A DNA stretch of 64,000 nucleotides from Epiperipatus broadwayi. Lineage: Eukaryota; Animalia; Onychophora. The first letter of the stretch is position 1. Every line of letters starts with the position of its first letter. Of the stretch, positions 28,833 to 42,633 are shown piece after piece. Under the pieces are notes generated by a model that made no database searches, was not told the origin of the DNA, and saw nothing but the letters and a program-made list of their open reading frames with translations. A program made the position numbers and the translations under genes. The DNA lies in NCBI GenBank assembly GCA_028023455.1, contig JAQFVV010000006.1, forward strand, positions 7,192,001 to 7,256,000, written 5' to 3'.

Positions 28833-28967
28833 CTTGTTCATCAGAGTTGTCAATATTTCGACCAGGGAAAAAGAAAGCCATGACTGTATTAAAAAACTGA
28901 TGTGTAACTTGCAGTGTTATTGGGATGACATTAATTTCAAAATGTGATTTGACTGATATTCCACCGA
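28833..28967 (-). CDS. BLTP2: BLTP2 exon (phase 1-1): [45 protein letters not shown]
   Basis: Acceptor ttgtttttcctag and donor gtaaaa. 135 nt. Near-identical to [37 protein letters not shown]. Lies inside track ORF 28762..28986. Confidence 0.97.
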
Positions 28968-29107
28968 CTAGGAAAAACAAAATCAAATTATTACAATTTT
29001 TAATAATACAAAAAGATAATAATAGTAAAACAACAACAATATTTCAAACTTTAATGCATGCTAACAACTGATAAAATACAATTGTCACTGTATTATAATA
29101 AAGATTA

Positions 29108-29399
29108 AAGCAATATATATTAAGGCTATAACCTTAAGACCATGTGCCTAAATACAATAGTAGAGACCTCTACAAATCTTTAACACAAGATTAACGACTT
29201 TAAAAGACAAGAGCGGCCACTTATCTTTGACTAACTTTTTAATTATAGAAGCGAATCTATAATTAAAAAGTAGGTTGAAGATAAGAGTGGCTGCTCTTGT
29301 CTTTTAAAGTCGTTAATCTTGTATTAAAGATTTGTAGAGGTCCCTACGATCGTATTTAGGCACATAGTCTTAAGGTTATAGCCTTAATATATATTGCTT
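29108..29399. repeat. Long hairpin, about 142-bp arms, 6-nt loop (agcgaa)
   Basis: 29108-29249 is inverted to 29256-29399. The central part resembles the dispersed repeat at 70-125 and 11860-11930. Confidence 0.96.
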
Positions 29400-29526
29400 A
29401 GGTAATGAATATGCACTTAACAAATTATTAGTTACAACTTTAAATAAGGATTAAAACAACTCTAAATATGAGATAATTAGAATTGAAATTTATAGAATAA
29501 CAGTTTGGTAAAATACAACGACGAAA

Positions 29527-29775
29527 ATGCACAGTTGGTAGAGCTTTTGACTTGGGATCGGGAGGTCCCAGGATCATTCTGGCAATCACAGCTCTGGCAC
29601 TCGAACTCCCAAGCAACAAAGCCATATGCCTTGTTTTACTCTGCACAGTTTGGTGTAGTTGGTAAAGCATCCAACATGGGATCGGGAAGTCCGAGGATTG
29701 ATTTTACCGCTCGCAGTTCTAGCGCTTCAACTTCTTAAGAACTCCCAAGCAACAAAACCACATGCTTTTTTTTAT
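29527..29775 (+). mobile_element. Two tandem tRNA-derived SINE copies
   Basis: Two units with an A-box-like gttggtagagc/gttggtaaagc, tgggatcggga and a shared tail gaactcccaagcaacaaa.c. Confidence 0.65.
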
Positions 29776-31218
29776 ATATATAATAAAAATCTGTCATTCA
29801 ACATAAATTTAAAATACTCACCCATTGATTTCAATTATATTAAATTTTAATTCTGGATAATACTTTTTTCGAAAAGTTTCTTCGTAGACCTTATTAAACT
29901 GTTAATATGTTTGAGTAAAAATAGATTTGGAAACAAGACAATCCATTTCCGACTGAGATAAAGTGTTAAAATTCCATTAAACTAGTAATGTTTCTTGACT
30001 TTTGATTAACCACTGCTTGTTTTAATACTATCTGTTAGTATCGCAACTTTATATATTAAATGCCTACTTTGTTTAGTTTTACTTTTAGATATATCAGAAT
30101 ATATTAATGTAATACTATGAGGTTAAGACTCATACAATTGGCACAATAGGTAAGTGAAATACTCTCTAACCTCATCAAAAAGTGATAATTTTTAAGAGAA
30201 AAGATTGATTCATGTTCTGTTCTCTCATCTTGTTACACAGAGAGTCTGAATCATTTAGACTAGAAAAAATGAATATTAAATCATTAACGCAATTTAGATT
30301 AAAGTTATTTTAAACTGACTGATATTATTAATTGATACGTCTGAGAGTTTTCTCAATTTAACACCAATTCAAATAAAATACAAAAATACATCCATTGCTT
30401 AATATATATGGAATATGGGACATTAAGATTCATGTGTAATAGGTAATTCAAATACTCTCCGGCCATTGCATAACCATTGCCTTATGCTGTGGCTATTACC
30501 TGTTTGAGTCTTAACTTCAAAGTATTACATATATGTTAAGCACCACAAGTATTTTGTATTACAAAATATATTAATGTGTTAAGACATATTTTAATGTATC
30601 AACTCTAAATATTACTTGACAATATAAATACTACTTGAGAATCTTTTCATAAAATATTACTATCGAAATTGATTTTAAAAACTATACCCGCTTAAAATTC
30701 ATATCTAAAATTCTTTTACCCATCTAACATCAAATTATACCATGTGAAGTGTTCGGTTCAGTTGAAATGCATAATTTTTCTATGTCTTTGGCAAAGACTA
30801 ATTTTGTGTAGAATGAGCCAGTGATTCAACTTAATAATATAGGTGTAATGGACATAATGAAAATATTGATTTTGTATTTTAATAATCCTGGTCTGTTTTG
30901 ATATAGCTAAAGAAGAAAGTTTAATAGCAATATTCATTATTCAATTAATGGATATAGTGATACAAACAAAGATGAACCCAGATCATCATTTATATCGGCA
31001 GCCCATAAAAATCTTTATTTTAATATATGTATATATCCTTTATGTCTGATAAGAAATTGTATCCATGGTCAGACTTACCTTTTCAAATATTTAATACAGT
31101 ACACAAAAAAAGCTCCATAGCATAACAGTTAGCCAATCACCATAGTTTTTGATTTGAATTATGAATTAAACTTGAAAAAATATTCAAGATGCAAGGTGGT
31201 CATCTTTCACACATGAAC

Positions 31219-31617
31219 ATTAAAACAGGCAAAACTCTCTATATGTATTGCCACTCAGTGCAAATCAGAGTAACCAATGGATGTCGGAAGGCTTGTGCAA
31301 AAGATACCTATCTAGTGCCTACTCATCCAATATCCCCAGACTAATTTCTGGCTTGTGACCTCCATCAGTGAGGAGCCTTGGATCTGAGAGCACTGCACCT
31401 AGATCTTAGGATCTAATGCAACCCTCCTAAGATCTAAGTGCAGTGCTCCCAGATCCAAGGCTCCTCACTGGCGAAGGCCACAAGTCAGAAACTAGTCTGT
31501 GGATATTGGATAAGTAGGCACTAGATGGGAATTTTATGCACAAGCCTTCTGGCATCCATTGATTACTCTGGCTTGCACTGAGTGGCAATACGTATAGAGA
31601 AATTTGCCTGTTTTAAT
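31219..31617. repeat. Family H fold-back element: about 192-bp inverted arms, 15-nt loop
   Basis: Arms 31219-31410 and 31426-31617 are reverse complements with scattered substitutions. Confidence 0.95.
31463..31502 (+). ncRNA. Family H hammerhead motif (core CUGGCGA, one substitution); partner at 31335-31373 (-) has core CUGAUGG
   Basis: CCUCA-CUGGCGA-AGGCCACAAGUCA-GAAACUAGUC-UGUGG. Confidence 0.65.
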
Positions 31618-34600
31618 AGCAGTTATAAGCAAGCATAAGAAATGGTGATCATGTGATGTTTATTGGGTTAAAGCACATGACGTACAGTGGATTCTCAATA
31701 TGCATTATATTTTCTTCCAAGTCACTCTCTCACATGCAATGAATATAATAGCTCACATTTTGTTGATAAGACTTGATTAGAATAGAATATGTATTGTTTA
31801 TTGAACCACAAGTACATAGTACTTTTCAACACACACACCACAACACACATTCTTTTCATATATACAGAATGCAAGTATAAATTAAAAATTGCCGTATAAA
31901 CAAAATTTTCCACAAATAATAGTATTATGATTATTAATAACAAGTTGACAGAACACGTTTACATGAATTTTTCATAAAAATAAACCCTAATCTATCATAT
32001 TTTTTAAATGAAGTAAATAGCAAAATGTCTGACTTTCAACACAATTGAATCTGCTCTGGACCATATTCTTTTTTTGCAATAACTTTTTTCGCTTCGGAAA
32101 TAGAATAGATTAGACTGGCTATCAAGAAACTACAATGTCTCTAATTGTTCTGATAAATGCCAATCAATCTACCACTCCTTTTATTTTATATAAGTGCAAT
32201 TTGTCTACCTTCCTTCAAACGCATTTTAGCAAAAAAAAAAATTTAATTATGAATACACATAGACAATCTGATGTTTTGACTATCATGCAGTCTTTGTCAG
32301 AGCCACTCCTCTTTATTATTCTTAAAAAATGTTTTTTTTTTTAAAAAATTCAAGAAATTCAAATAAGAGTGGCTCTGGAGAAGACATGAGACTATATGTG
32401 TTTACATACACAACAAAAAAAAATTTTGCTAGAAAATGTTTGAAGTAAGTTGGTCAAATTGTATTTATAATTTGCAATGATGTTTTTAAATCAGTAACAG
32501 CTTTAAGTAGATTCTAAAATTTCATACAACTTTTAGCATTATACTTAGAAAATATACTATTATATGAAACACTGAACATCAAATTCAAAAAGGAAGATTA
32601 AGAAAAAATAAAACATATATGCTTTCTACATAAACTGGAAAATTTTATAAATTGAAAGAAATGATTTCAATTAAAAAACACGGCTTGTTTACTTCAGAAA
32701 AATTTGTTCTGCCATTTTGCATCACTGTTTAAATGTTATCATAACTGACATTAACGTAGGAGTTTTTTGATAAAGCAATTTCTGTGGTCCTGATTTTATT
32801 AATTACAAAAAATTTGAAGTCAGTATATTATGGACTGTTGGCTAACATGAATCGTCTTTGTTCCATTGTTTATAACAAAAAAAACCCTCTTCGAAGGTGT
32901 TCACTTCCTTCCAGTCTAATTTTCATGCAAAGGTTTTGAAATGAAAACATGTGAGTTTTTTTGCTTGTTTATTAAATATTGCTGATTATTTTTACATACT
33001 AATTGATTGATAATTATTTAAAACAAAAAATGTGCATGTATACTTTGATTATATTTGTTTCTATTTTTAAAAACAGAAATTAATAAACTTGACTGTAAAA
33101 TTACAAAAAAAAACATGGCTTGTGTAACATCATTATCGGTTAGAATTGACATGGTATTATAGTCTTTCCAAATACTGTAATAATTATAAAGCAAATATCA
33201 GATTTAAAGCAGACTTTCATAGATTTATCATAAATACGCATTCATTTACTCTCATTTAACCCTCTTGCAAGTTGTCGATTCCCTTTGTTCTCAATTGCTG
33301 TAAATATTCAGCATTAAGTTTATGATTAAATCATTATTACTTATTTAAAAATAATAAATTTGACTTCATATGATAGAAATTTTTGTTTATTATTGGAATA
33401 AATTGTAAATGTTCACATTTTATTTCTGAAAATATTAAAAAAATGAATTTATAACGAAAACAAAAAGCTTTGTACATCATCATAGCAAGATTATTTTTGT
33501 TTTCTAAAATTAAAAAAATCTACATTATTTGTCTTTTTTTAAAAATCTGAATGAATATTTATTTTTCACTTAAATCTAGCAAATTATGTTTTAAAAGTTT
33601 AAATTTTTATATTCTTTATTGCAATATTTTCAGACTTATTACAATTGGATTGATTATGTACGTAGAAAGCCGAGCTTGTAAATAGCTTTAAGCTATATTT
33701 GCATTATCCACAAATATACTATTATGTTTTTAGAACTAAAGTATTTCTGTTCAAAATAAATTACTAATAATATATTTCTTGATTTGTAATTAATAATGTA
33801 CAAATTATTATACAAAAAGAAGCTTCAATTGTAATAAATTCGTAAATAAACTTGTTTTTGGTTACTCAAACTATTTTCTGTCACAAAAATGGTGATGTCA
33901 TAAAAATGCTGGACTACAAAAACATGACTCATCAAGGCAGTCAGAAGGTGGAGCTAAATCCGTCATCTTGCTGAATTTTTGATTTTCTTACCATCTATGG
34001 AAGTTTTTCGAACCAAAATTTATATTAGAATCTATATAAAAAATATGCATTTTAACATATAACGATTATGAAAATTCTCCATAAGTGTGAATAATTTTAA
34101 ACATGAAGTATAACATTTGAAAATGTAAGTTAAAGAAAAAATTTAAAAATAAAAATGAATTAGCTTATTTTCACATCAATATACAACTGTTGTGTGATGT
34201 ATACACCCATTCGTTCATGTTTACAATTCACCTTTTCCATATTTGCAAAGTCAAAATATATTTTCTTAGAATATTTTTCATTTGTGAAATTAAATTTTAA
34301 AAAAATCAAATCCAATTTATAAGCATTTTCAAAAACTTTTACCAAATATAGCAATAGAAAATGTCAAAATTTGAAAAGGTTAAGAAGACAATGGCATATG
34401 GCTTTTCAAGATGGAGGAAATGCTGACATAATTTAAAATTTATTTACAAATTTTAATTTTTTAAAAAACTTGATCATACAGAGATGGAACATGGCTGCTC
34501 AAATATCATACAATGTATTAAATTTGTGAATTTTAATGTTTTTCTGTCTGTTTACACTTTTTTGGATAGAATATCATTGAAGATGTTATATAATGAACTT

Positions 34601-35298
34601 GCCAATAGCTCTTAACAAGCTTTTTGGAATATTTCCTAACTTCAGACCGGTTTCCAGCTCTGTCTGTCATTAGTTAGGTGCTGGAAATTCCAGCAATAGA
34701 CTTTAAAATACCAGGTCAAGCTCATCACATTATCTAATGTTTAACTATTAAATAGAAAGTCTGAAATTTTCAGACATCCATATATCTTCAAATCCAGCTA
34801 TCTAACTCAAACACCCATATGAGACTGAACCAAGTGCAGATACACCATATATTAATAGCTTTAGTAATATAAAATCACCAAAGCTTTAAGGGCAAAAACA
34901 ATATTTGCAAGGAAATCAACTCACATGTCACATGACCTAATTTTATAAGCTTGTATTACAACTGAAGATGTGTATGTTGATATAGCCATGGCTTCATTGC
35001 ATTAATACTCTTTGCTCAAAAGACAAACTGATCTTCAATCCAAAAACCTTTAGCGTTCAAATTTATCATGCTACTACTATGCCACAATAAACAGGTTATA
35101 CTTATTACATCAATTATTTAGAAAATCTCAATGACTTAATTAAAAAAGATCAAGGACTGAACACAAAATAGAAATCTCAAACAATTCAAATATGGATAAA
35201 CAATAACAGAAATAATACTAAAAAGAAAATAATAAAAAAGATAACAATTATAGCAAATGTAATTGGAATAATAAACATTTCATTTGAATGACTCTTAC

Positions 35299-35386
35299 CT
35301 GGAGCTTTTTCTCGACAGATGACCCTTAAAAAAAGTTGACGATCCAAATTTCCTTTGCCCGACACAGCCTGAGGCTGAAGAACATC
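35299..35386 (-). CDS. BLTP2: BLTP2 exon (phase 0-1): DVLQPQAVSGKGNLDRQLFLRVICREKAP
   Basis: Acceptor ttttgctgtag and donor gtaaga. 88 nt. Matches VVLRPQ...RQLALRLFSKVRPP. Confidence 0.93.
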
Positions 35387-35456
35387 CTACAGCAAAAAAA
35401 AATATTAATTTAAAAAAAAATTATTACATCCAAAAATATATAATAAAGTATCACTA

Positions 35457-35606
<150 letters not shown>

Positions 35607-36111
35607 TTAAAAAGTACAAACCAATAATCTTATTGGCTATCAGCAATGTCAAATAGTAAAAGTGAAAGAACATCTTAAACTGTATAACAATTAAAATAAT
35701 CACACCATAAAAGCCATTCATAAATCCAAGAACAATAAAATTCATATAGGGTAATAATATAAACAATCCTGGCAATCTTCATGGTTATTAATAGTTAACT
35801 TTCTATTTCTGTACAAATGTGTTTAAACTTGCCCTAGGAGTAATAATTCACTCTATTTACTCTAATCCTACTCCAAAGCCATTTATTATAAACTTAGGTC
35901 ATCAGAGAGACGATAAAGTGAACCAAATCAACACGCTGGTTTCAATATTAGCCTTCATTATGAAAAGTATATCTTTATTACTTTTTTTTAATACTATACT
36001 ATCTAATAATCTGAGAATATTTTGAACATAAATCAATTTTATTGTATAGGTATACTAGACTAGCAATTGGAATAAGCAAACAGTTTAAACTTCGTGGCTA
36101 ATTGTTCTAAT

Positions 36112-36551
36112 GTGCAAAATATAAAATGCGCTAACATGCACAAACACACAAAGCTGAAGACAAATAAAAAATGTATATATATTTATTTTATTTTAATATA
36201 TATATTTAATTAAGTGGCTAAGCGCTTTCAAGGGTCAGAGCCCTGATATTCATAGCATTTTGTAAATAGATAAGAAATTGATTAGGAGCGATGCCATAAA
36301 TAGAAAAGACTCTTGCTACAAAATATCCTGGAAATGGAACACGTAACTATTGCATTTGCATAAATTTACATCGCTCCTAATCAATTTCTTATCTATTCAC
36401 AAAATGGCTATGAATATGAGGGCTCTGACCCTTGAAAGCGCTTAGCCACTTAATTAAATATATATATTAAAATAAAATAAATATATATACATTTTTTATT
36501 TGTCTTCAGCTTTGTGTGTTTGTGCGTGTTAGCGCATTTTATATTTTGCAC
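36112..36551. repeat. Fold-back element, 182-bp near-identical arms, 75-nt spacer
   Basis: 36112-36293 is inverted to 36369-36551. Confidence 0.97.
36405..36448 (+). ncRNA. Variant hammerhead motif (A3-U8), second locus
   Basis: UGGCU-AUGAAUA-U-GAGGG CUCUGA CCCUU-GAA-AGCGCU-U-AGCCA. Stem I is 5 bp; stem II covaries relative to the 49.6 kb copy. The inverted copy at 36215-36258 (-) has G10.1>C. Confidence 0.68.
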
Positions 36552-37134
36552 GTTAGACTAGCAATTGTATATTTTCCTAAGCTCTATACCATTCTATTGT
36601 AAACATCTTTAACTCTATGGAAAAGAATGAGATAGTATCATGCAAATGTTCCATTGATGATGGCCAGGAGCCATTGACTGGCCAGTCACAGGATTTGGTT
36701 GGAAGTGCTATCTCACATCAGGTGATTATTCAAGCTTGTGAAAGAGAGTTCAAAAACAGACTACTCTAATTAATGCTTCCATAGCAGATGTTGGAAATAG
36801 GCAGGGAAAGTCATGTGATATTTTGTACAGTTATATAAATGTTTAAATTCTAGTTTTGAAATCAAAGCTAATTATGAATACTTTTGTTAATGTTCTTGGA
36901 ATATATATTTTAGAGACAACAGTTGATAGTGCAAAAAGTATTAAATTGGGATAGAAAAAAATTATTTTTCTAAATTTTGCACACTATTTGCAGTATATTA
37001 AAGTGGCATGTGATGGCCACACTTGTAAAAATATTACCTTTAAACACATTTCATGTGAAACAAACCCACGTCATTGCAATTTTTCACTTTCTAATGAATT
37101 ACCAATTTTTTTTGAATAACCTGTTGCTCTATGA

Positions 37135-38070
<936 letters not shown>

Positions 38071-39149
38071 ATAATTAGGAGTAAATTAATTAAAGGTTTG
38101 ATCAAGTATAGTAGGCTAATTTTTAAATCTATAATTTCGTATGACCTGTGAATGTTCTTATAAATACCCAAATGGCCTTTGGCAGGAAAAAAGGTTCCAA
38201 CCCCTACTCTATGACATCATTTTTGTGAAAACCTTAAATAAAAAATATATTTTATACCAAAAAAAGCCTCATAGTGAAACAGTACTACATATGCCTGGCA
38301 TGCCTATGGCCATGGATTCAAATACAGTTTATTAAAAGAGCATTTTCATCTAAGATGGGCTGAACTACAGTGAATACAGTTACCTATCCAACATAAATTG
38401 GTAAATAGATATTGAACTATTCATAGTGAGAAAGTAAAAATAAGAATGAAAAACTGCTCGAATCCTCTCTGCCCAGCTACTGGCAAACCTGGGTGAGTAC
38501 AGTCTTATTTAAAGTTCCTTTATCAGGAGTATTGGAGAGGTCTTTTCCCTTATTTATCTCATCTTGCCTTAAACTAATGACCCATTTTATCTTAATCGGA
38601 TTCCCTGAGCATCAACACCCATTGGCCTATATCTGCTATTGGATATATCTCATCTATTCACACCTCCAGAGGTCTGTAGTGATGAATGATCAATCAATCA
38701 AGATCCATTGGTTGAAGGTAAGTTGAGATATAAAGAATCAAGATTATTTTACTCTTTTAATAGATATGAAAGTTATATTCAATTCACAAACTTTTAAAAC
38801 TAATAAAAGATCGGAAGAATTAACTGCTAGGGAAATCTTGAGACGAGAGTATCCAACTGGTGTGTTGAATGAACTAAAAATTCCTGCATCAAAGCTCAAT
38901 CCGCTACTTTAATGCTTGAATGTCACCTGATCTCCCAAGTAACTATCCAACAAATGGCAGTGTTCGATGCAAATCATTAAAACTGACAGTTCCAATAAAT
39001 CACGTAAATTAATGGAACCAATCCAGTTTATCAAAACATTTAAAGTAGCATTCTAGTTTATTGTCTTTGTGAGAACTTAAAGAATTTCAAAAAAGCGATG
39101 TTCTTTGATTACTCTGCAATATCCTACAATCCAATATTAAATTCCTTAT

Positions 39150-39520
39150 TATCCTTTGTAATAAATTGGCCAAAACTTTTCTAACAATTTTCCAAGCCAA
39201 AAGTGCACTCAGCTGCATTTAATAAAAACAAATACATATAATAAATCTTTTCTTTAGGAAACATCTCAGCCATTTAATCCAACATTAAGTGAACAAAATA
39301 AAGCATCACGTAACTTTAACTGCTTAGTTTCTCAATCCACACCAGAAGCAATAATCCAATGCTTATTATGATGGAGGATCAATGGATTGATGAAGTCAGT
39401 AGCAAGAAAGTAGCCCAAGGATTCCATGATCCAATAATAGGTGAGCGAAATAAAGCTTTGAAGAACTTTGTCTGTTTAGTTTCAATGAAGTGGGGAGCAA
39501 TACCCCAATGCTCATCACCA
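39150..39520 (-). mobile_element. Degenerate Penelope-like RT remnant
   Basis: SPIIGS (39427-39444, resembles RPIIS), then across a frameshift LATDFINPLI...LFCSLNV (39281-39301, resembles PLE LFCSLDVxSLY). Confidence 0.4.
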
Positions 39521-41289
39521 ATGAAAAACAGTGAACATGAAGGCCAAAGATCAGAAACTAGTCAAAGATTTTGATAAGGCAATACCATTTAGGGATCATT
39601 AATTAATCAAATTTACACTAGATGGCTCTGGAGTAGAATAATGTGATTACTACTCTTATTCTAGAAATAATTACAATTCTAGTAAATGTAAACAATCTCC
39701 AATTACCATGAAACATTCATTGTTCAGTCAATATACCTACATGAAAAAAAAAAGACAAACCATTTTGCAGTGGTTAATATTTTGCACATCTTCCTCCATC
39801 AGCTGCCTGAACTAACTGCAACCATCTACATAAATATAACAATGATGTCTTATAATAATAGTGGTATATTGAATGACATGATGTGAAGTGTTAGTATTCA
39901 TTATGTGGTCTTTACGACATCACATGACTCCAACACTACTTACACAATGTTACTCAGCAGCTAATTATTTTTATTCTCGCCACATTTATGTAATAATGGA
40001 TATACAAAAAACATATAGAGGGAAGCTTTCATAAAACACGTTTTTAAAAAAGCCAGCTAAGCACATACTGTTTAAAAACATATTTTATGACAGCTTTTCC
40101 CTATACGTTCTTCGTCTAGCTATATATTACATTTTAGTCTGAGTCAAATCTTATAATTTTATAGTTACCATGATTATGTGAAATGGGGTCATGTGATGTT
40201 TTATTGGTTTTACATCGACCCTGGCCAAAAAAGAGAGTTGCCTACAGTTATTAAAAAATTAAGTACACCATAAATATACGAGCACTGAACAATTTCAGAT
40301 CTATATGATTATGCAAGCAAGTTGGCTTAAATTAAAAACATTAATATGTTTGTTAATTTGGACTGAGAAGTTATTAGTAAATGAAAGAAGTAAAAAGAGG
40401 CTGCTAGAGCATAGATGTATTTGATGGAAAAGATCCACTAACATTGCTCCCAGATTCAAAGCTCCTCACTGGTGAAAGCCGTAAGATAGATAGGATGACA
40501 CTTGATAGGACTTTTTTAAGTGCTACCATTTCAAATCTATTGAATATTAAGTCTTACACAAGGTGGTCTAGTTACAGAGAAAATTTTCTAGTGTGGTCTA
40601 TCTAAACCAAAAATCAATCGATTTCAATTAATGCCAACCAAGACCAAACCCTGAATGTTGATCACGCACCCTTACATTGAAATATCTAATTAAAAGAATA
40701 ATACAACTTCACGATTTACCATTAAGTTAGTAAATTTACTGGTTTGAATAAAAAATATGAGGGTGTTACATTGGTACGAGTCCAGGCAGTTTACATACTG
40801 CAAAATAATACACCAATGATATGATGACTGAATAATGTTTCGTGCACTATTTAAACTGAACATGTCTTTACATTTGGTCACATACATTTCAAAATGCATT
40901 CGCCCTATTAATTATATAATAAGCAATTTTGATTTGCGAGTATTTGTTGTTCATTTTAGATCATTTTGAAAATTGAATGATCCAGTTTGTAAAGATTTCT
41001 ATCTTGAGGCTTTGTATGCCAACCATACACCAATACACCCTTTAGAGTTCTTTGTAGAACAATAACGATAACATATCTTTCTTTTTTTCTCGCTAAATCA
41101 AATAAAAACAATTTTCATTCTTTTGTAGTTTCGCATTAAAATAGAGCTTCTTAGCTTAACTTCAAGCTTCTTTGCTGGCAGACTCTAATGCAGGCGAAAC
41201 TTTCCTAATCAACATCATTTGGTAAATATATGAATCTACTTATATAAAATAATCTATGAGATGGTGTGAGCTTTTCAATAAAAATTAGC

Positions 41290-41700
41290 TGAATGATCTA
41301 CGACCAAGCAGCAAAACATCACCCAACTCCACCATAATGGAAACTTTCTGATTCAATGAGCATCATTGCCTATTGGAACGTTCTTGTCATTGGATATGTT
41401 ATTTATCTGTATACACGTTGATTCTTGGCCACGAATGCTCAATCCGATCAAGATAAGATGGAATCTGGACTAGTCCATTATTGGAAGGCACAGTGAGATA
41501 TAAAACTTATCAACACATGCTTTTAGGAGTAGTAATTCACTCTCACAGTTTTATTCCAGAGTCATCAATTGTAATCTTGAGCAGTCAACAAACCCTATCT
41601 TGATCTTGGCCGTATAAAAGAATTAAAGATGGCCACCAGATATATTGTTGCAAGTAAGCTCAATGATAAAATGGAACGAAACTATTCTGGAAATATAGCA
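41290..41700 (-). mobile_element. Second degenerate Penelope-like RT remnant
   Basis: FYTAKIK at 41599-41619 resembles the PLE FYxLPKIHK motif. Loose nucleotide similarity to the 39.3-39.7 kb segment. Confidence 0.3.
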
Positions 41701-41905
41701 TAATCACTTAGAGAACATTTATTACTCAATCATATAATAGATGGTGCTGGAGTAGAGCTAATAAAATAAAGTACTACTTCTAAACATGTAAGAGGAAATT
41801 TTTCAGTCACTGTATAGGTGAACAAAAAAAATTATAAAGTAAATATTTCTTATATTACACTCCTACGAATTTAAGAATAAGAATAAAACAATTAAATGCA
41901 CTTAC

Positions 41906-42020
41906 AAAAAATTTGTCAAAAATAAATCTGCAATCCCCAGTTGGCCATCTGGCTCCGTCATTCTCCACTGAGCATGTTTAAAACAGACTTCATTTCGGCG
42001 TACGACTTTGATTTGTTGAG
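41906..42020 (-). CDS. BLTP2: BLTP2 exon (phase 1-2): QQIKVVRRNEVCFKHAQWRMTEPDGQLGIADLFLTNF
   Basis: Acceptor ctatttgaag and donor gtaagt. 115 nt. Matches KIAA0100 [28 protein letters not shown]. Confidence 0.95.
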
Positions 42021-42533
42021 CTTCAAATAGAATTTAAATAAATTAGACATACATACCTCATTAAACTGTACTCATTTAACTACTATTAAAAGTTTACAAT
42101 TACTCACACTAACAATTTTACCCTGTCCCCTCCAGCAGCAAAAATTCTCAAGACAATTACAGCAAATATCTGGGGACATGTTTTTCAATACACCCTGCCA
42201 TGTTGAAATAAAGATAAACGGTGAGCTTCATATCTCTTAAATTACCCGTATCAGTAGTGAAGATTCTTAATGCGATAGTTAGCTGACCAATCAAAATTGG
42301 TTGGGACTATATTTCTCTACTTAATAATCACTCACTGAGCACTATTGAATGACTATCTGCACTGGTTCCAGGCTTTCTATCTGGGAAAAAATACTAACCC
42401 TGACCGAGACCTGAAAAAAATTTAACATTAATCTGGCCTGAATTTAAACCCAGGATTGATGAATATATTAGCTGTCTATGTGAACTATTACACTGTAAAG
42501 TTTATAGAAATGATGTTCAAATGTAAATGAGAA

Positions 42534-42633
42534 GTCAAGTATTGGTGGTCGAGTGGTCAGCACAGCTGCCTTATAAGCAGTTGTCCTGGGTTCACGGGTT
42601 TGCTTACCAGCCGATGCTTTGACACATGAAAAA
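42534..42633 (+). mobile_element. tRNA-Gly-derived SINE with 15-bp target-site duplication
   Basis: gtattggtggtcgagtggtcagcacagctgccttataagcagttgtcctgggttc resembles tRNA-Gly(TCC) GCGTTGGTGGTATAGTGGTGAGCATAGCTGCCTTCCAAGCAGTTGACCCGGGTTC. Short A tail. TSD aaatgtaaatgagaa at 42519-42533 and 42634-42648. A relative with the same 3' end (ccggccgatgctatgacatatgaaaa) lies at about 4370-4475. Confidence 0.85.

Noticed and set aside
42536-42615. Functional tRNA gene
   Set aside because: T-loop insertion, broken acceptor stem, A tail and TSD indicate a SINE.
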